DNA of 64,000 nucleotides from an uncultured delta proteobacterium (GTDB taxonomy: Bacteria > Desulfobacterota > RBG-13-43-22): positions 256,001 to 320,000 of the forward strand of contig CAVQFQ010000005.1 of assembly GCA_963711835.1 (NCBI GenBank), written 5' to 3'. Both the position numbers and the translations under genes were made by a program. Shown here piece after piece: positions 60,975 through 64,000 of the stretch. Position 1 is the stretch's first letter; every line of letters starts with the position of its first letter. Under the pieces are notes generated by a model. The model did not search any database. It saw nothing but the letters and a program-made list of their open reading frames with translations, and was not told where the DNA came from.

Positions 60975-62405
60975 ATGTTTTCCAATTTGACCCTTCTTAC
61001 CGACATGTACGAACTGACCATGGTCGGCGGTTATCTGGTCAGCGGAAAGGCCAAACAAAAGGCCAACTTTGACTACTTTTTCAGGAAGATCCCTGATGAG
61101 GGCGGGTATTGCGTTACGGCCGGGTTGGAGCAACTGATTGATTATATCAAAAAAATTCATTTCACCGCTGAGGACCTGGCTTATCTGGAGAGTCTTAACG
61201 TCTTTCCTTCCCAGGTGCTTCGCTACCTGGAAAAATTTCGCTTTACCGGCGACCTCTGGGCCATACCGGAAGGCACCCTGGTCTTTCCCCATGAACCTAT
61301 TATTCGGGTAACTGCCCCCCTTCCGGAAGCCCAATTTATCGAATCGGCCTTGTTGAACATCGTTAATTTCCAGACCCTGATCGCCACCAAGTCAGCCCGG
61401 CTCTGCATCGCTACGGAGGGAGACCCGGTTATTGAGTTCGGCCTTCGCCGGGCCCATGGACCGGATGCTGCCCTGGGGGCTGCCCGGGCCTCCTTTATCG
61501 GTGGAGCCCAGGGCACCTCAAATGTCCTGGCCGGAAGGCTTTTTGGTATCCCGGTCCGCGGCACGTTAGCCCATAGCTGGGTTGAATCCTTTCATTCGGA
61601 ACTGGAGTCATTCCAGGCCTATTGTCAAGCCTATCCCGGAGGAAGCCTCCTCTTGGTGGATACCTATGATACCCTGAAAAGCGGGGTCCCCAACGCCATA
61701 AAGGTAGGAAAGGAATTACGATCCCAGGGAGTCGGGGATTTGAAGGGGATTAGACTGGACAGCGGCGATCTGGCTTATCTCAGCCAAGAAGCTCGAACGA
61801 TGCTGGATCAGGAGGGATTTCGGGATAGTCAGATATTTGCATCCAGCGACCTGGACGAATGGATCATTGAAAGCATAAAAAAACAGGGAGGAAGGATCGA
61901 TCAATGGGGTGTGGGGACCAAATTGGTTACCGCCTATTCCACGCCGGCTCTGGGCGGAGTCTATAAGTTAACCGGTATTGAAGAAAAAGGGCGGATGATC
62001 CCCAAGATCAAACGCTCCGACAACCCGGAAAAAATTACCAATCCCGGCTTGAAAAAAGTAACCCGTTTTTTTGATGACAACGGGCTTATGCGGGGGGATG
62101 TGATGCATCTCTTAGAAGAGGTCCTCGAATCCAAACCTATGCGGGTCTTTCACCCCATGGTTCCCCATATTACCAAGGTCTATCCGCCGAAATTCGAGAG
62201 GAATGAGTTGTTGGTTCCCATCTTTTTAGAGGGGAAACTGGTCTATCAAAAGCCTTCTCTTAATGACATCCGGGAAAATACCCGCCGGAACCTGGCCCGC
62301 TTAGGTCCGGAGTTCAAGCGCTTCAGGAATCCCCACATCTATCACGTCAGCCTGAGCAAAAAACTAATGCGGGTCAAACAGGCCTTGTTAAAAGCCGCCC
62401 TTTGA
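60975..62405 (+). CDS. pncB: Nicotinate phosphoribosyltransferase
   Basis: LLTDMYELTM, EFGLRRAH, GTLAHSW, LVDTYD, IRLDSGD, GVGT, GGVYKL. Confidence 0.96.
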   Translation: MFSNLTLLTDMYELTMVGGYLVSGKAKQKANFDYFFRKIPDEGGYCVTAGLEQLIDYIKKIHFTAEDLAYLESLNVFPSQVLRYLEKFRFTGDLWAIPEGTLVFPHEPIIRVTAPLPEAQFIESALLNIVNFQTLIATKSARLCIATEGDPVIEFGLRRAHGPDAALGAARASFIGGAQGTSNVLAGRLFGIPVRGTLAHSWVESFHSELESFQAYCQAYPGGSLLLVDTYDTLKSGVPNAIKVGKELRSQGVGDLKGIRLDSGDLAYLSQEARTMLDQEGFRDSQIFASSDLDEWIIESIKKQGGRIDQWGVGTKLVTAYSTPALGGVYKLTGIEEKGRMIPKIKRSDNPEKITNPGLKKVTRFFDDNGLMRGDVMHLLEEVLESKPMRVFHPMVPHITKVYPPKFERNELLVPIFLEGKLVYQKPSLNDIRENTRRNLARLGPEFKRFRNPHIYHVSLSKKLMRVKQALLKAAL

Positions 62406-62409
62406 GCCT

Positions 62410-62898
62410 TTAAGTTGGTTGGCTGCACACAATGGCTTCGTGTTCCTTACCTCGGACCGAGAGAATGGGAACCGGGCTGCGTCGAAAGACTTTTTCCGCT
62501 GTCGAGCCAAACAAGGTATTGGCGATATTGGTCCGGCCTTTGGTTCCCATGACCACCAGGTCAATATTCTGATCCTTGATGGCCTCAAGCAATTCTACCC
62601 AAGGGACCCCAACCCGAAAAATCCGGCTTATTTTAATCGAACCACAGCCGGCTTCTTTTATAAGTTGATCAGTCACCGCATCCCGGTCCTTTTTTTGAAG
62701 GGCGATATAATTATCCACCGTAACGCCAACCCCTTCCACCTCCACCTTACGAATGGCTTCCACATCCCGCTGATTGATAACATTGACTACCACCAACTCG
62801 GCTCCCATGGAACTGGCTAACAGGGCTGCATATTTTAAGGTCGGCTTGGAATAGTCTGAAAAATCCACTGTGGCCATAATCCTTTTGATAGAACTCAT
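62410..62898 (-). CDS. Universal stress protein
   Basis: VDFS, DLVVMGTKGR...FGSTAEKV.R.SPVPIL. Confidence 0.93.
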   Translation of the reverse strand: MSSIKRIMATVDFSDYSKPTLKYAALLASSMGAELVVVNVINQRDVEAIRKVEVEGVGVTVDNYIALQKKDRDAVTDQLIKEAGCGSIKISRIFRVGVPWVELLEAIKDQNIDLVVMGTKGRTNIANTLFGSTAEKVFRRSPVPILSVRGKEHEAIVCSQPT

Positions 62899-63124
62899 AG
62901 CTCCTCCTCACCTTCGGTATTAAATAGGAAAACCTCTCTCTCCTCTTTCCGGTCTGGCGCAGTGTTTCCGCCTTTCCTTGAGAAGGTAAGGCCATATGTC
63001 CAGAGGGGAATACCATAGCAAATTATTTTGGCCTTGGCAAAAATTTTATTGCTCCGGTCTTTCCGGCCGGATTGCCTTTCGGCCAAGGGGCTCCGAAGCA
63101 AAGGATGAGCAGGAAGCCGGTAGG

Positions 63125-63595
63125 TTAATCATCTTCCACAAACTTGGCCGGTAAATCGTCGCCGCCGGGCAGGGCCAGCCCCGGGATGACCATTAAGGTG
63201 GCCGTACCATGGGCCAGAAGACGCCCCTGGCCATCGGTCACCTCGGTCTGGCCGAGGGCCAGGGTTTTGCCCAGTTTAAGGCATTTTCCCCGGGCCACCA
63301 TTTTTCCTTCCGAGGCCGGAGCCAGGTAGTTCAGTTTCATCTCCACGGTGGTCAGGCCCAACCCTTCCTTCAATAAGGGGAAAACAGCCCAGAAGGCCGC
63401 CGCATCCACTACCGATGAAAAAACCCCTCCGTGAACCATCTGAAAGGGCTGAAGATGCTTTTGATCCAAGGCTACCTCTAAACGGGAGTTCCCCTCCCCA
63501 AATTCAATAATGGACATGGATATCAACTGAAAATACGGACATCCATTGACTCCTCTGCGGACCGCTTCGAGATAAGCTGGATTGAGTTTTTTCAC
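63125..63595 (-). CDS. PaaI-family thioesterase
   Basis: VHGGVFSSVVD, TTVEMKLNYLAP; GTG start after GGAGG. Confidence 0.9.
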   Translation of the reverse strand: MKKLNPAYLEAVRRGVNGCPYFQLISMSIIEFGEGNSRLEVALDQKHLQPFQMVHGGVFSSVVDAAAFWAVFPLLKEGLGLTTVEMKLNYLAPASEGKMVARGKCLKLGKTLALGQTEVTDGQGRLLAHGTATLMVIPGLALPGGDDLPAKFVEDD

Positions 63596-63626
63596 CTTTC
63601 CTCCTAACCCGAAAAATTCGGAAAAT

Positions 63627-63728
63627 ATTTTTGCCACAGACAACTACAGGATCCCGCTTGCAGCGGGACGGCGAACTGCCGCTACCCTAATCGTCCGCCT
63701 TTGTCCGCGTGTGTCTGTGGCAAAAAAA
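63627..63728. repeat. MITE-like element TTGCCACAGACA...TGTCTGTGGCAA
   Basis: Terminal inverted repeat; shares ends and accctaatcgtc with 18346-18582. Confidence 0.6.
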
Positions 63729-63843
63729 GTTTAACAGCCATTCATGCGTCGCAAATCCATACCTATCAAGGGGTTGCGGGTATACATGAAAATATCTTTG
63801 CCAAAAAACAAATAAAAAAATTCCAAAGGTACTAATAAGAAGT

Positions 63844-64000
63844 TTATTCCCCCTCCGGTTTCAATTGGTCGTGAACCGCTAAGGGCTTCCCGTGGTAATA
63901 AACCGCTTCTACTTTCTCTTTTTCAATAAAATCCCCGGCTACCAGCAGGAAATTTCCTTTGGCCATTTCGTCTTCCCCCAAACAGGCGACCCCTAATAGG
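63844..64000 (-). CDS. 3' end of a gene entering from beyond the window (possibly amidohydrolase-like)
   Basis: Open frame LLGVACLGEDEMAKGNFLLVAGDFIEKEKVEAVYYHGKPL...stop. Confidence 0.4.
   Translation of the reverse strand, partial: LLGVACLGEDEMAKGNFLLVAGDFIEKEKVEAVYYHGKPLAVHDQLKPEGE

Overview
Bacterial chromosomal window, most consistent with an anaerobic Desulfobacterota/deltaproteobacterium (inferred from gene content and protein similarity). Housekeeping blocks: ino1 plus CDP-alcohol phosphotransferase, ZnuABC-type transporter, LutABC, fabH, ppdK, ahcY, metK, panC, surE, uvrB, rmuC, hsp20, tRNA-Val/tRNA-Asp, a TatT-type TRAP transporter and pncB. Notable features: (1) a hidden UGSC-family selenoprotein (in-frame UGA at 18041-18043 followed by a SECIS-like hairpin) downstream of an uncharacterised partner gene; (2) two secreted beta-helix proteins on an AT-richer segment bracketed by 38-bp palindromic direct repeats, sharing a C-terminal LP(L/I)I(L/F)(K/R) tail that recurs in a gene fragment at 60.4 kb, a candidate sorting signal; (3) a ~260-nt highly base-paired intergenic element at 4.3-4.6 kb; (4) a decayed integron (aadA-like attC, frameshifted HEPN-like cassette, intI 3' fragment) interrupted by a Y1/RAYT-like transposase with 24-bp terminal inverted repeats; (5) an MshEN-ATPase/PilC locus with three tandem paralogous pilins, two sharing a 217-bp identical tract, followed by a YfhO-like glycosyltransferase and a membrane-fused SAM-dependent enzyme. 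Four genes each carry a single +1 base in a short homopolymer, probably a sequencing artefact. No CRISPR array or rRNA seen.
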